Source: Eledone cirrhosa (lineage: Eukaryota). Taken from it: a DNA stretch of 64,000 nt. How positions within the stretch are numbered: the stretch's first letter is position 1; every line of letters starts with the position of its first letter. Below, one piece after another: positions 40,081-55,956 of the stretch. Under the pieces are notes generated by a model, which made no database searches, had not been told where the DNA came from, and worked only from the letters and a program-made list of their open reading frames with translations. A program made the position numbers and the translations under genes. The DNA lies in assembly GCA_964016885.1 (NCBI GenBank), contig OZ024750.1, forward strand, positions 33,046,001-33,110,000, read 5' to 3'.

Positions 40081-43000
40081 GAAAGAACACAAATCACCTA
40101 ATTCTACTGGGAATGTATGACTGAAGAGGCTTTCCTAAGCACAGAATAATATGTATCGCCATGCCACTGATACTCCAAAGCAATAAGGCAGGAGCCAGAA
40201 TCAGCTTTCTTAAACACAGTTTAATTTGTTTTCAACTGAGTCTTAGAAGCAAAAGCAGGGATTACTGAGACAGCTATCTCAGACACTGAGAGATCATTGT
40301 GCATTTGGGATCCCAAAGATAAGGTAAGTAAGATTATAAACTCTATCACACTTAATACAAGATTTGTTTGCCCATGAGTCAAAACAAAAACGTACATCAA
40401 GGCTTACACGAGTGGCTCAAAATTGCGTAAGACGCTCGACCGAGAGAGCAAAGGGAAGGAATAGAAGATAAGTCCTAAAGAGGTCATGATTATTGAAGTC
40501 TGAAAAAGAACACTGGCGATGATTTTTTACCGGAGTAGATATTTCCTTCTGTACTAATCATAAATCTGAAATGGTGTAAAGTATTTAAAGAGATTCCATT
40601 CGCTTTAATATTCACTTGTAAGAAATGTTATTTTCATACCAAATTTTGCTTGATATACAGCAAAGTATGGAGACTGACAGCTGAATAGATTTGAATATAT
40701 TTATCAACACAATACGTTTCATAACGTCAGACATATGTTGCATAATCTACAGTTGGACAGAAAGCAAATACAAAATTATTAGCCGAAAGAAACTGAAAAG
40801 TTATATTTATTAAAATTTGTATCAACACAGATATTCTACAAAGATGTGGAAACGACAATTCTACCCTGTTTTGAATAGAATAAATATATGCTGTTGTTCT
40901 AATTGTTAGAACAGAGAAATAACACCCTGAAGGCTGAACATTCAGATGCCATTTTTCTAGAGGCATGAGAGAAGCCAAACATCAACAACTAACCATCGAC
41001 GTGAACCAACGAATTCCCCGGAAGACAATTAATCTAATGAATGAAATATATATTGTGGTTTCTGAAGATATTCTCAAGTAATTGAAACAACCTGAATAGA
41101 AATTATTTTTATCAAACTATCTTCATTTTATTATTCAGGTAGCTTTAATATTGTGGCAGACTAAAGATTGAAAATATCGGGATTCGAAGTAGAATCATTA
41201 CAAATAGGAATTTAAACCTGGAATGAAAATGAGTAGTAACTTTAACTCCACCTAGAATTGCGTAAACTAATCACATCAGTTATTACGCCAACAGTACTTT
41301 AACTGTATGGTCATTTTAAAAGATCAACTTGTGGTGTGATTAATGATTTATGATGCAGTTCTTCATTTGATATTTTGGGGGGCTAGAATATGTGGCAGAC
41401 TTTCTTTAGTCATCGATTTTAGAACGCATTGATCTTATTAATGTTTTATTTTACCATTCATCGGAAATCTTAGCGATACATTATGACTGAATTGATATTT
41501 CTATGTTAGTCCTACTTTTTCTAGACTTCCAGATCGACTGAAATTACACAAAATTTGGTAAAATCTGTTTGCATGTCATTGTTTGTCTCGTTACTTTTAC
41601 TGATAAAGATTTCTAAGCATGTGAATTCGACTCCAGAAGTCCGTGACATACCGTTGACACTGAGAGATGTATGAATTATTGGCGCTTATGCACATTACAT
41701 TGTTGTATTAATGTCTGTTTTGTAGAGTTTTTTTCATCTTATCAATTTTCTCTTGTTGATGATCATGTTCCTTCATGTTCCTCTAAGCGGGAGAAAATCA
41801 TCCACTGGATGGAATCAGACTGACCTTGTTTAGTCTAATGCACGATCCAGTCTATAATAACGAGACATGTGCTCAAAGGTTCACGGTATTTATGTCCATC
41901 TGATGACTAGTTGTATTTATTGCTGTATAATACTACATGAAGTGACGTTTGCTGTGGTTAGAGTCAAAATGGTCTCTGATCAATCGATTGGAGGTTGACT
42001 CTCATTGTAATGACGTTGAGTTTCTCCTTTGCAATTTTCAAGAATACCATAGATATTCATGTTCGTATGTCGCAAATACAGGTCGATTGAGCCATCATCT
42101 GTACTTTGGGGTCTGGATCCAGTCCAAATGGATCTGGTTAATGTAAACAATCTCCAACGCGTACCGCTTCATTTATAGCTTAAACGTGAGCCCCAGAAAA
42201 CGAAGTTTAGTACCCCCTAACTTCATTTTGTGTGCTTATATTTAAAGTGTATTTTTGTCAATATTCATTGAATACGCAGGTAAAAATAGAAACATTCTCC
42301 ACTCTTTCTTAAACCAAATATATCCAATTATTCATTTATAAGTATTTTGTCAACTTCTAAGTAAGGCAACGCTGAAATATTGCCTTATTTTAATTTCCTC
42401 ACTTGAGTTTTTCTTTCCCTTGTCTTATATTCATTCAACCCAGATTCTACTACCCCACCACCACCGCCACCACAACCCTCTTGCTCTCACATATGTTATC
42501 TCCATGTTCATCCCTTTATTTCTCTAGCGTATAATACATTGCAAAGTTTCAGACAAGAACATGATATACAAAATACACAGGCATATCATTATATTGAAAG
42601 ATATTGAACTGTCAGTTCATGCGATATGAGTTCAATTCAGTGTTCCAATTTGATTATGTACATAGCACACTATTCTATATTGATTCAGTTCACGTGCTTT
42701 TTAATAATAAATAATAACGTTCTCTGGTAATTATCTATAAAAGACTATCTCTTTCCCATGAGAGTATTGATCTAGTAGGTTCTCTATATTTTTGCAACTG
42801 GTACGGACAGCTTCTAATATTCGTGAAAGATAAGATTTAAACTCATGAGATTTTGCTTTTTTTTATATCCTTACTGCCTGAATTGTATTTGCAGTAGCGC
42901 TTCTTGCCTACAATGTTTGCATTTTATAGACAATGTTTGATTCTGACATACAAACTCTTTCTGCATCATTGCTTTTCAATTATATGACTATGGACGCCTA

Positions 43001-43273
43001 GTAAATTGAAATGCGTGAACATTTATAGCGATGAAAATCATTTAATAATAACAGTCGAAAGATTTGCCGTCAGATTATTGCATTCATTTTTATTATGTAC
43101 TGGAAACATTGGTACACTGGCTTTTCAGCTTGAGATACCACGGAACATCATGCTCTAAGAATTGATATATTTTGAGTATAATTAAATGCAGGAAGTTTAA
43201 TACACACACACGCACTCACACACACACACTCACATACATACACACACACGCACGCACGCACACACACACACAC

Positions 43274-43309
<36 letters not shown>

Positions 43310-43644
43310 GAAGAATAATCGGTCAGCATGAATATTATTAAATTAAGGCTCAATTGAAGAAAAACTATTTCTACACTACTAATAAATTATGGAATTCTTT
43401 ACAGGGTAGAAACGTCAGACTTACAGGAAGGACCAACGGATTGAAGTGAAACTATTAATGAATATAATTACGACTTTGAAAGAAAGAAAAACGAGCTCTA
43501 AATTAAAGTTAGTTTAATAAACATGGGTTGGTTATTTCTACATATTCATTGTCTCCTAACTAACCCAGTAATATCTATAAATATTGTCAACTGCTATTCT
43601 TTCGATCAATCATTAGGAATCACTGAACATTATAGTGCATCCTT

Positions 43645-44160
43645 CCGCCATTGATAACATACGAAACCAGTTGACTAAAACAATATTTTAGGCAATGCCT
43701 TTCATTCAAAGTATAGCAAAAGAAAGATTAAAGGTTTGCTTGTTACGTGTATTTGTCTACCACCGTATACTAAAACAGTTGTTTAAAACAATATTTTAGG
43801 TAATGGAATTCATTAGAAATGTATTACCATTGATAGCATTCTAAACCAGTTATTTAAATCAATACTGTAGGCAATGAGTTTCATTAGAAATATGTTTAAA
43901 ATGGATTAAAGACTTGGGTTTTATGTGTATTCTTCTACCACCATTGATAGCATACTAAACCAGTTGTCTAAAACAATGTTTTAGGCAATGAGTTTCATTA
44001 GAAATATGTTTAAAATGGATTAAAGACTTGGGTATTATGTGTATTCTTCTACCACCATTGATAGCATAATAAACCAGTTGTCTAAAACAATGTTTTATGC
44101 AATCAGTTCATTAAAATATAGTAAAACAAGGGTTAAAGACTTAATTATTACGTGTGTTTC
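43645..44160. repeat. ~114-bp tandem repeat, ~4.5 copies
   Basis: ccattgatagcat..aaaccagttgtctaaaacaatgtttta at 43941 and 44055, plus diverged upstream copies. Confidence 0.85.
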
Positions 44161-44529
44161 TTCTCTTCGACTATTGCAAAGCTTCAGAAAGATGATACAA
44201 TTTGTATCATCTTTTTCTTGCATCTTCTCCTCCTTCTCTTTCTCCTTCCCCCTTCTCGCTCTCCCTCTTCTTCTTCTCCTCCATTCGTCTACCTTTGAAC
44301 CTTCTCCTCCTCCACCATCACATCCTCCCCTCAACCTTCTACTCCCAGCATTCACCTCCTCCACCATTACCTTCGCTATAAATCTCAGATTTCATCTTAA
44401 TACAATTATTAATTAAAGATATGATATTCCCATTAATTATCTTCCAATTGTCATCAAATGTATTTCTACTAAGATTACTTCATATTACTTTAACAAGTTG
44501 TCAACATTGCTGCTAATGGGATTTTTTCT

Positions 44530-44780
44530 CGTATTGTATTACAGTTTATTATGCATCTTTCTTATCTCCCTCTTGGTTGTTGGTACCATCTTTCTTATCT
44601 CCCTTTGTTTGTGTATTACAGTTTGTATATTGCAGTTTGTGTATTACAGTTTGTGATACATCTTTCTTATTTCCCATTGTATTGTATTACAGTTTGTAAT
44701 ACATCTTTCTTATCTCCCCTTGTTTGATTACTCAGTTTGTGGTACATCTTCCTTACCCCCTTGTTTTATTACAGATTTTA
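44530..44780. repeat. Degenerate ~40-bp tandem repeat
   Basis: tgtattacagtttgt..tacatctttcttatctccc. Confidence 0.75.
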
Positions 44781-46115
44781 TACAAAGTTCGCTTGTTGAT
44801 CATTATATTCTCATGGAATGACCAAATGAGGTTTATTTTTTAACATAGTACCCGGAAATGAACGGGGCAGTTAATTTTTTTTTTTATTAAATATTGAATT
44901 CTTTATTTTCATGTAACTATATGCTAGGAAAATATTTGAATATTTTGAAATAAAGTTTGTTGAGAATGACTGCTAAAAAAAGAAAGAAGTACAAAATTTG
45001 GTATTACATAATTCAAATATGTGTATAGTAAACAGGCAGTTTTCATAAAATATGCATTGCATATATAATAAAGAGTTCACTTGATTAATATATAAATATT
45101 TATACTGGCTTTCAGTAGTAATTCACTATTTTAAATGGAAAATTATCAAACTTTATAATTAAATGTTTAGCAAGATTAAAATAATAATAATAATTTAGTT
45201 TCTCGTTGAATACTGATTATATCATCTTGTAGTGAATCAAAAATGTAGAATATCACATCGTTAAAATGTTAGCATTTATATGGTACGAACATATATAAAT
45301 TCAGATGTACAAAGTAAATTTGTGTTAAATAGCGTGAAATATTTCCTTAAAAATTCTTTTTCTATTTCATTTTTCATTTTGAAACTCAAGTACCTAGAAT
45401 AGAATTTTAAAATAATTTTAAAAGATATGACGATCAAAGAGAAAATGCTCTTTCCGTTAACGTCGCAGAAAATAATAGCAAAATAATATCAAAGTGCATC
45501 TTTCACGCTATTGGCTTTGGCATTTGTATATTTTAAATTGTACTTATGAGATATAAAAGGAAAGAATAATACTTCGGAAGAATTCTAATAAACTGGATAG
45601 CTTCTACACTATAAATATTTCGCAAATGCACACTACTTTACTGTTTCATATTGTTCAGTATTTCACTGCCATATTGTTTAAAGAAATCTATAGAAAACTT
45701 TTATGAATGCTGTGGCGTCTTGTATGTTTATATTGGCTGATCACTAGGTTTACAATTACAGAACGAAAATGTCGGCCGACTTTCGACAGGAAATTAAAAC
45801 TGGGAAATCTTTCCTGCATAGAAAGTAAAAGGGAGAAAGTATATTATGTTTTAAAATCAAGGATACTGCTTATGCATTATTGAAAAAAAGATATTCTAAA
45901 ATGTCATAGAAAATAATAAATTCATTTCAATGGTAAATAATATTCCAGTTTTATACGGAAAATAATATATTATGGATGCTTGAAAGATAATTATCTGAGC
46001 AAGTAACATTATATGAGTCTTTAAATCCCTCCATATATGCATATATAATTATAATGATTAAATTAATGTTTCAATATTTATAGCTTACCTTCGTCTTAGC
46101 ATCCAAGCTGAGTTA

Positions 46116-46159
46116 ACCCCTCTGAAGACGGTTAACGAACCAAAAATGGCTGTTAGGGT
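46116..46159 (+). ncRNA. Degenerate hammerhead (GAAA box mutated)
   Basis: accc..CTGAAGA-c-ggtt-aacg-aacc-aaaaa..tta-gggt. Confidence 0.35.
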
Positions 46160-46710
46160 GCTCTCCTCTTCCTTTGATTGCTAAAGACATCCACCACTTC
46201 TAAAATTCATAGAAAGTCTATGAAAATGTTCATTTACATGAACATTTCGTATATGATTCAATATCAAATCCACGTCACATACACACGCACACACACACAT
46301 ATACACACACACACATACACACACATACCGTCACGTTTTGTAATGTTCCATTTTTTGTAGGCCCATGTGGCAAATAAAGGAGGATATATATCTATATCTA
46401 TATATGTGTTGTGGGTGTGGGATCGGGTGTGGGTGTGTGTGTGCATGCATGCATATACATGCATATATACATTCATCCATCCATCCATACATACATACAT
46501 ACATCCATACATCCATACAAACATCCATCCATCCATACATACATACATACATACATACATACATACATACAAGTTCACACACACTTATTGACACTGTATA
46601 TAATAATTTGTCCCAAGAGAAAACTGAAAGTATAGAATATATTAACTATAATTTCCGCATGATATATTAATATTTAGTAAATAAACGTTTTTAAGAAATA
46701 TATGGAATAA

Positions 46711-47189
46711 ATTAGATCTGAAGTAAGGACTTCAGCGATGCTCGAGTTACACGGTCTCGCCTCATACTGTAAACCAAACAACACATTCAATATAGTCGTT
46801 TTCTCTTCTACATGTCGTCATTTTTCATCTGTTTACCCGGGCAAAGCTGGGTGCCTCAACTAGTATATAATACATTAGATCTGAAGTAAGGAATGTCAGC
46901 GATGTTCGTGTTACACGGTCTCACCCCATACTGTAAACCAAACAACGCATCCAATATAGTCGTTTTCTCTTCTACATGTCGTCATTTTTCATCTGTTTAC
47001 CCGGGCAAAGCTGGGTGCGTCAACTAGTATATAATACATTAGATCTGAAGTAAGGAATGTCAGCGATGTTCGTGTTACACGGTCTCACCCCATACTGTAA
47101 ACCAAACAACGCATCCAATATAGTCGTTTTTCTTTTACATATCTTCTCTATTATTTGTTTACCCGAGCGAAGATGGGTACCTCAGCTAG
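46711..47189 (+). mobile_element. Three tandem ~164-bp units, each containing a canonical Helitron-like 3' end
   Basis: Units start at 46711, 46874, 47038; each has GC hairpin acccgggcaaagctgggt then CTAG-T (46860, 47024, 47186). Confidence 0.65.
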
Positions 47190-47675
47190 TATAGATAAAG
47201 TAGTTCAAAATACAATATATAATAAAAATGAAAATGATTGTGTACAGTGCTCAGATGCACTACAAAATATAAGTGGCTAGCAGCCACTACAAAGAATTGA
47301 GCCTGCATCTCTTGGATTCCGGCTGAGCACGTTAACCACTACGATAAGTTGCAGAATAAATCATATTTGAAGTAAGGACTGAATAGCAGCTGGACAACGG
47401 TGAAGTCTTCAAATAGATATCGGCTGCAGTAAAGAGAGTAAAATCTTCGCTACGGAACTGTTTTAATTTTAGGTGCCTAAAGGAAACCAATGTTCAGGTT
47501 TCGATCAATATGATAGTGTGAAACAAATGCAATCCATCAGATTTCCTCACAAACATATAATTTGAATAATAACATTGTTTCCAAAAATAGAACTCTTTGT
47601 GTAAATGCACAAAGCCCCAGCAATTCTTATTAAGATATTTTAGAGTATATTTGCATTCATGTGTACGCACACGCA

Positions 47676-47756
<81 letters not shown>

Positions 47757-47768
47757 ACACACACACAC

Positions 47769-47857
<89 letters not shown>

Positions 47858-48224
47858 AACACATACATATATTTGCGTGTATGTTTGTGTGTTTGTATTT
47901 GTGTTCTATCCACCATTTTCCTTTGAGAGGGTACGTAATTTATTTTATCGATCCAAGAATGATGAAACGTAAATTTGATGCCAGTAGTATTTGAATCATA
48001 GCTGTAAAATGACGCAAGTATATTCTCCACTACTGTTAATCGACCCCCTTGTAAACATTATCTGTTATCGATACATAGTATTACAAGCAGATGTACCAAG
48101 ACCGGATTCTGATATTCATTTCAAACGTAAGTATGCCATTGTATTATGTTTTCAGACTTTCGGGTATATGATACACCTATATCTACAATCGGCGAATTGG
48201 TACATAGAATGGTAGATAGAATCG

Positions 48225-48448
48225 GTAGATAGAATGTTTTCGTAGAGTCGTTAGAACGTCAGATAGAATATTTTGGTAGAGTCGTTAAAACGTCAGATAG
48301 AATGTTTTGGTAGAGTCATTAGAACATCAGATAGAATGTTTTGGTAGAATCATCAGGACGTCAGATAGAATGTTTTGGTAGAATCATTAGGACGTCAGAT
48401 AGAATGTTTTGGTAGAGTCATTAGAACGTCAGATAGAATGTTTTGGTA
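48225..48448. repeat. 34-bp tandem repeat, ~6.5 copies
   Basis: tcagatagaatgttttggtagagtcattagaacg, period 34. Confidence 0.9.
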
Positions 48449-49282
48449 ATTCTTCCTCTATATCTCTTTCTCACTTCCATTCTCTCACTCCCTTTAGCCT
48501 TCTCTGGAAGAAATCTACTTATTCAGAACTGGAGAGAATAGGGTCTCCACCAGTTTTTACAAAATAACCCTAGAAATGCTGTATGTCAATCCTGCGCACA
48601 TACGACTCCATCGTGAGTATGTGCTCACGTACGCTTCCATAACTACAAATGTAAAACAAAAATGGTTATAACAAAATAGATGTATTTTACTAGGCAACCA
48701 TTAGCTCTTCTGCATTGTAATTATTTTAGTTTCATCGCCTCCATCTTAGATTCTGCCCTTTCCTAAACAAATAAGACTTTAAAACACCATTGTACGAGGG
48801 TACGTTGACAATAAAGGAGTGATGCTAAAGCTGTGAAATCTTGCATGCATTAATTGCAAATCTTTTTATTAATAACTGCATTGTTCCTTTCCAAGGACTA
48901 TGTTGAAAAATAAACCTCATTTTTTCATACCATGAGAGAATCTTGGTCAGCCTATGAAGGAGTGATGTGAGAGCTGTAAAATCTTGGATGCATTAATTTC
49001 AACTTTTCTCATCAAAAATTGCATTGTTTCTCTCTAGGGACAATGTTGAAAAATAAACCTTAATTGGTCTTTCCATAAGAGTATCTTGGTCAGCCTATGA
49101 ACTGTTAAGTCTATTAACTGTATAACGTTTCAGTCTATTGAAGTATATTACGGCAATCAAATAAACTTCTCCGGGTTTTACGATAATGTAGATTTTAATT
49201 TGTTTTTATTTGAGGTTATTGTGGAATTGGAACAAGAGCTAAATTACACTGTGACAGAAATAAGGTGATTTGATTAAATTCA

Positions 49283-49363
<81 letters not shown>

Positions 49364-49465
49364 ATGTTTGTTTTAAAACAGCGAGCAAGTTTGAAATTAG
49401 AAATAGAAGCTTTCACCGTATTTTTGACTAAAGAAATTTTAGCCTGATAGTGGGGTTTAGAACCC

Positions 49466-49535
49466 TCAGATAAATGGAAAAAGATGAGTATTGACGTACA
49501 TGTACGTCAATACTCATGTTTTTCCATTTATCTGA
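49466..49535. repeat. 70-bp spacerless palindrome
   Basis: tcagataaatggaaaaagatgagtattgacgtaca|tgtacgtcaatactcatgtttttccatttatctga, 1 mismatch. Confidence 0.9.
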
Positions 49536-49552
49536 TATAGTCATATATATAG

Positions 49553-49619
<67 letters not shown>

Positions 49620-49783
49620 AAAATCTGGTCCGTAGAATCAAGACGTATTTGAAGACCTTGGGATTTTCAGAGTCAGGTTCGATCATCACATTGATCGGGC
49701 CTCGAGTTGGTCGCCAGAGAAACGATTGTAACATGTCCAATAAATTCCATTCGTCGCAACACTGATTCTCTTTTTTTCCTGTC

Positions 49784-51154
<1,371 letters not shown>

Positions 51155-53162
51155 GTCAAGATATTGGAAGAAACGTGTCATTACCTAATTGAAAGAACAC
51201 CATTAAGTAGTTATCATTAAATACATATGATATGCCATCTTAATCAAACGGGGAATAAAACAGAAATAAAAGGAGAAAGATATTTGTAAGATATAGAGCT
51301 TCTTACTTACAAAAACGGAGCTGCGGAGATAATTAATGAAGAATATATTCCACATTGATATAGTGTATAAAATTATGCTTGTTATAACACCTTTCAAAGT
51401 ATTTGCCACTGAAATAATTAGTCAGTGATGACTCTACAGGTACGCTTTGTTTAGAATCACGAATATGCTTTTAGCAAAATTATTCAAAGTAACATAATAT
51501 TGATTAGAATCTTTTTTTTCTTTTTGTTGGGAGGTTTTTTGTTTGTGCTTTCTTTTTCGGAATGTATGCTAATGTAAACAAACGTATATTAAAGGAACAG
51601 AAACTAAAAGCTAGTAATAACCTCAATGTGAATGATAGGTTATTTTGAGTGCAGTCAGTCACCAATTCGTGCACAAACCATATTGATTTTACAGAGGCAA
51701 AAGAAAATGTTGATACTCTCGGATTTCGTGTTCGAAGCTTTTATGGGAATTAAATTTCTATATTTCGATTATAGTTAGTGTCGTTAGCGGTGACAATTGA
51801 TTGAATATCATTTCTGGGATGCAGTCAACGATAATCCTTTTTATTTTATTGTTAAAATAATTGTTCACATTTCTTACTGTATACATGAAAGGTGTCGATA
51901 TTTCAATACAGTCAACAAGGACAGATTGGTGGCTTATTTAAAGAACTGTCTCTGCGTGGAGATGTTTCCCTTCGACTATTTTGACTAATTCAATAACATT
52001 CGTGACAGGAAGCTAGAATGGATAGCTTTATTTTATGTAAGAAACGTGTATTTCACTTAGATGTTTGATGGATAATACATCCCATTGTTTTTTAGGAAGT
52101 TCGTTCTCTGTATTTATTTATTTCGCCTGTGCTTCACAAATGTGTGTAAATTAGTGATCCCAAAACTTTTGTGCACTAAGCCCCACCTCAACATCTCTAA
52201 CATTTTTATACCTCCTTTTGAAATAATAACAGCGATGATCAACTGCAAAGTGTAAACACATGGCTTATAGATGATGCCAGATGCACGATAATATGTTTGG
52301 AGGAAGGGAAATGAGTTTCTGACAATAATGTGTAGCAAAGCTGCATTGGTGTAAAAGTAATAAGGTAAAACCTGAAGTGTGTTCCCATTAACATCATTTT
52401 CAAATTATCCTACTTAAATATTGAAATTGCGAACCTGTGGGCCGTGCACCCTAGGTTGGGAATCACTGGTGTAAATATATTTAGAAACTTTTTTTTACCT
52501 GTTCAGTCTACATCTACTTATGTCCCCGTCTCACTCAGGGTATTGCTCAGTACACTTGTATCCAGTCCTCACTAAGAGAGATGCTCATTAAACATGTACC
52601 AGTCTCGAAAAGGAAAAGCCAAATATAATCTGACATGTTTGATGTTATAAAGTTTAGCAACTTCACTAAATATTGAAAAGCCGCCACCCAAATACGTTGC
52701 GATCTTTCTGACACTTGTCGCTATCTATCTTAATTAACTTAGCTAAATATATTAAATCTTTTGTTTAAAAAAGGAACTATGGTTATTCATATAAAATACG
52801 CAGCTATGAAGTCACATATTCTATTTCAGCACACTAGTTCCCCTCCGGAAACAATTGATTTGTACGCGTTTAGCGATATTCACATAGTTCTTTTTTTAGA
52901 ACAAGCTGACAATCTAATTTATATAACAACATTTCGTGTGTATAGTCTGGAAAATAAATGTTCTCTGCATTTGTGGCAAGGAAATTGACCGTTTTACCAA
53001 ATTCTGTTTGGGTCGTAACACAATATTAGTTAGAATTGTTTTATCTAGTTTCAGCCTTTGGCAGAATCAAAAATAGCATTTATGAAGTAGCCTGCGTAAA
53101 AAATCATTAGTTTATTAGGTTCAGCTTATTTACACATACACACATAGGATGTGAACACACAC

Positions 53163-53254
<92 letters not shown>

Positions 53255-54393
53255 GTACAGTCTCACATATGTACAATATATATTTGTTTTATTAACATAT
53301 ATGCTGCACTTGGTGTTGGTAGTATACCTTTACATCCAGAAAATCTATTGTGAATATATTGACTGCAATTACACTCCTTGGGTCCCATGTTGTCTGATAA
53401 TACCCTAGGTATAATCAAATTATTAGGATGTGTATATAACTAGCTTTAGCTGCATTGACTAGCAGTTCCGATTCTGTTTCCGATTGGTTAGTAAATTTGT
53501 TAGTCAGAGTTCATTTTAGGTAAGACATTTTCTCCTAAATATCTAGTTTAAAGTTAATTTCATTTTTTCTTTATAGTGTTTTAGGAGATTTTATTAACTC
53601 GCCCATTGTTAGTCCTATATATAATTTAACATTATATATTTGGCCCCATGAGATATAAAACCGTGTGTGAATTATTATTATCATCCGTCAGTAAAGCCGA
53701 GAGATAAGGGTTTCTCATAAGAAGATTAAGTTTACCTCAGCACGTTACTAATGCTTTCTTTATGTAAGGATGAAAGGTAAAACTAACCCCGCCGAAATTT
53801 GAATTACGAATATAAAGGGACGTAATTGTATGCTGCCTGTCAACCGATACTGCTAATCCACCACCCTAATAAATCCAAAATACAAATAGATGCGCCAAAC
53901 AAACACAAACGATATTTCTCGAATTAGCATGGAGTGCGTTGATCATTAAGCTAAATCACTACTGGCAATAAATTTCATCGTTTCAGAAGATTTTATGCTC
54001 GTAGCTAGAAGTGTAAACGAAGCTGTTGACTGTAGAAGCATTTGCAAAAATGTGAAATGTGAAATATATATGTTTATGTGTGTTTGTTTGTATGTATGTG
54101 TATGATGTGAGTGTGTGCATTTATGTATGTGTGTCTATGATGTGAAAAACGTTCCTATACTTGGTGTGGCATGCATATCTAGCACTTACGTACTTGGTTT
54201 ATATATATATATATATATCTAGGAATGGAGTATACAGCAGTATACTGCTAGGTTAGTTCGGATCTAGCTGTCGAAACTGTCGGAGCTCGGCCGTCGGGTC
54301 TCTAACTATTTTCCTATTCCCCACTCTACTACACTAACTATCGAGTATTCTGGTGCATTATGATCCCCCTGGTTTCTTACAACACTATCTTTG

Positions 54394-54456
<63 letters not shown>

Positions 54457-54524
54457 TAGATATATAAACGGAAAAAATGAAACGAAATTCCATTTCTCAC
54501 TCATAGTACGGCTGTTACTTAAAT

Positions 54525-55120
54525 GGGATTGCTGCAGCAAGTGTATGGAGATAAGACGAGTGGTGCGAGATGACCCCAGGAGCGGAAGGCCCACAACAAC
54601 CAGGACTGAGGTCAACATTGAGCGCGTCAGGCAGATGGTGCGTAGCGATCGTCGGCTGACTGTTCGACTGATGGCAAATGAGCTGGGCATGAATCGGGAC
54701 AGCGTCTGGAAAATTCTCACTGAAGATTTGGACATGCGGAACGTCTGCGCGAAGATGGTGCCAAAACTGTTGAACGATGACCAGAAGGGTCGACGCATGC
54801 AAGTGTTCCAGGACATCCTCGAGCGTCTTGAAACCGAACCAGACTTGCTATGGACAGTCATCATCGGTGATCTTCGAGTACGGCCCGGAGGGGACCCGTT
54901 TTGAGGACGTGGATGACATCAAAAAGGCTGTGACGACGGAACTTCGGAGGATCCCGGAAGAATCCTTCCAGGAGTGCATGCAAGCGTGGCAGAAAAGGAT
55001 GGAAAAGTGCATTAGACTCCAGGGTGATTACTTTGAAGGAGAAAAAACTCTTAGTGTGAAGTTTGGGTTTGAAATAAATCTTTTGTGACATCAGTCCTGG
55101 AACTTTTCTGACACACCTCG
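54525..55120 (+). mobile_element. Mariner transposon remnant, 5'-truncated and internally deleted, right TIR intact
   Basis: DDPRSGRP HTH, CAKMVPKLL, IIGD, then jumps to GTRFEDVDDIK...CIRLQGDYFEG; right TIR ...ggaacttttctgacacacctcg followed by TA. Confidence 0.9.
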
Positions 55121-55124
55121 TATA

Positions 55125-55770
55125 TATGATGGCTGCAAACTCTGCCAAGAGTATTGCAATCGCTTGTCAGATTCAGATGTGTGACGCTAGGATTGGCTTG
55201 TCAAGCCTGCTAGAGACTTGCACTCGTTCACAGACTGACAACAACTATGGATCTCCCTGGTGTTAGGTCCTTCGTCAGGTTGCCCGTGAACCCTGACAAC
55301 ACCGTGGAGATCATAGTTCACTGGTTCTCTTTGAACGTGGCTGCGACTGTGGCTCCTGAGACCAGATTTGCTCGACCAAATTTTTCCACACTCAGGGCAA
55401 TTCAATGGAGACATCGATCTTTCGAGAGTTACACCAAGGCATTGCTTACGCACATCCCGTTTGATCGTCTCATGCTCTATGCGTCTGTCCTCACAATTAT
55501 GGGCCCCATCTTTCACCATTCCACGCCAAGTTTCTCTTTCAAGAGCTCCTATCTTCCAGTCAGCCATCATCAAACCAGTTTTTTTCAATGAGTCCTTTAC
55601 ACAATCCTTGAATCGGAGCCTTGGTCTCTTACACTCACAAAGCTCGTCATACAAGAGTTGTTTTGGGATTCTATCACCCTCCAGTCTGCAGAGGGGTCCG
55701 GTCCGGCGCAAACGCCGTTGGTGGACCTCAACATCACTCACCTGCATCTGACACTTGATACCGAGCATCT
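55125..55770 (-). mobile_element. RTE-clade LINE ORF C-terminal fragment with C2H2 zinc fingers
   Basis: [27 protein letters not shown]...ALERETWR..CPECGKIWSSKSGLRSHSRSH. Confidence 0.85.
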
Positions 55771-55784
55771 TTCTGTATATTATC

Positions 55785-55825
<41 letters not shown>

Positions 55826-55841
55826 ATATATATATATATAT

Positions 55842-55880
<39 letters not shown>

Positions 55881-55956
55881 GCATACATATATATATATAT
55901 ATTATATATATATACATGCATACATGCATACATGCATACATACATATATATATATA

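Noticed and set aside
40100-40330. Possible host exon ending at AAG|GTAAGT (~40323)
   Set aside because: Good donor site but no convincing open frame or recognisable protein; needs RNA-seq
41560-42150. Possible minus-strand LINE RT remnant
   Set aside because: Composition suggests decayed coding sequence but no diagnostic motif could be read reliably
48225-48448. 34-bp repeat as a CRISPR array
   Set aside because: Contiguous units with no spacers
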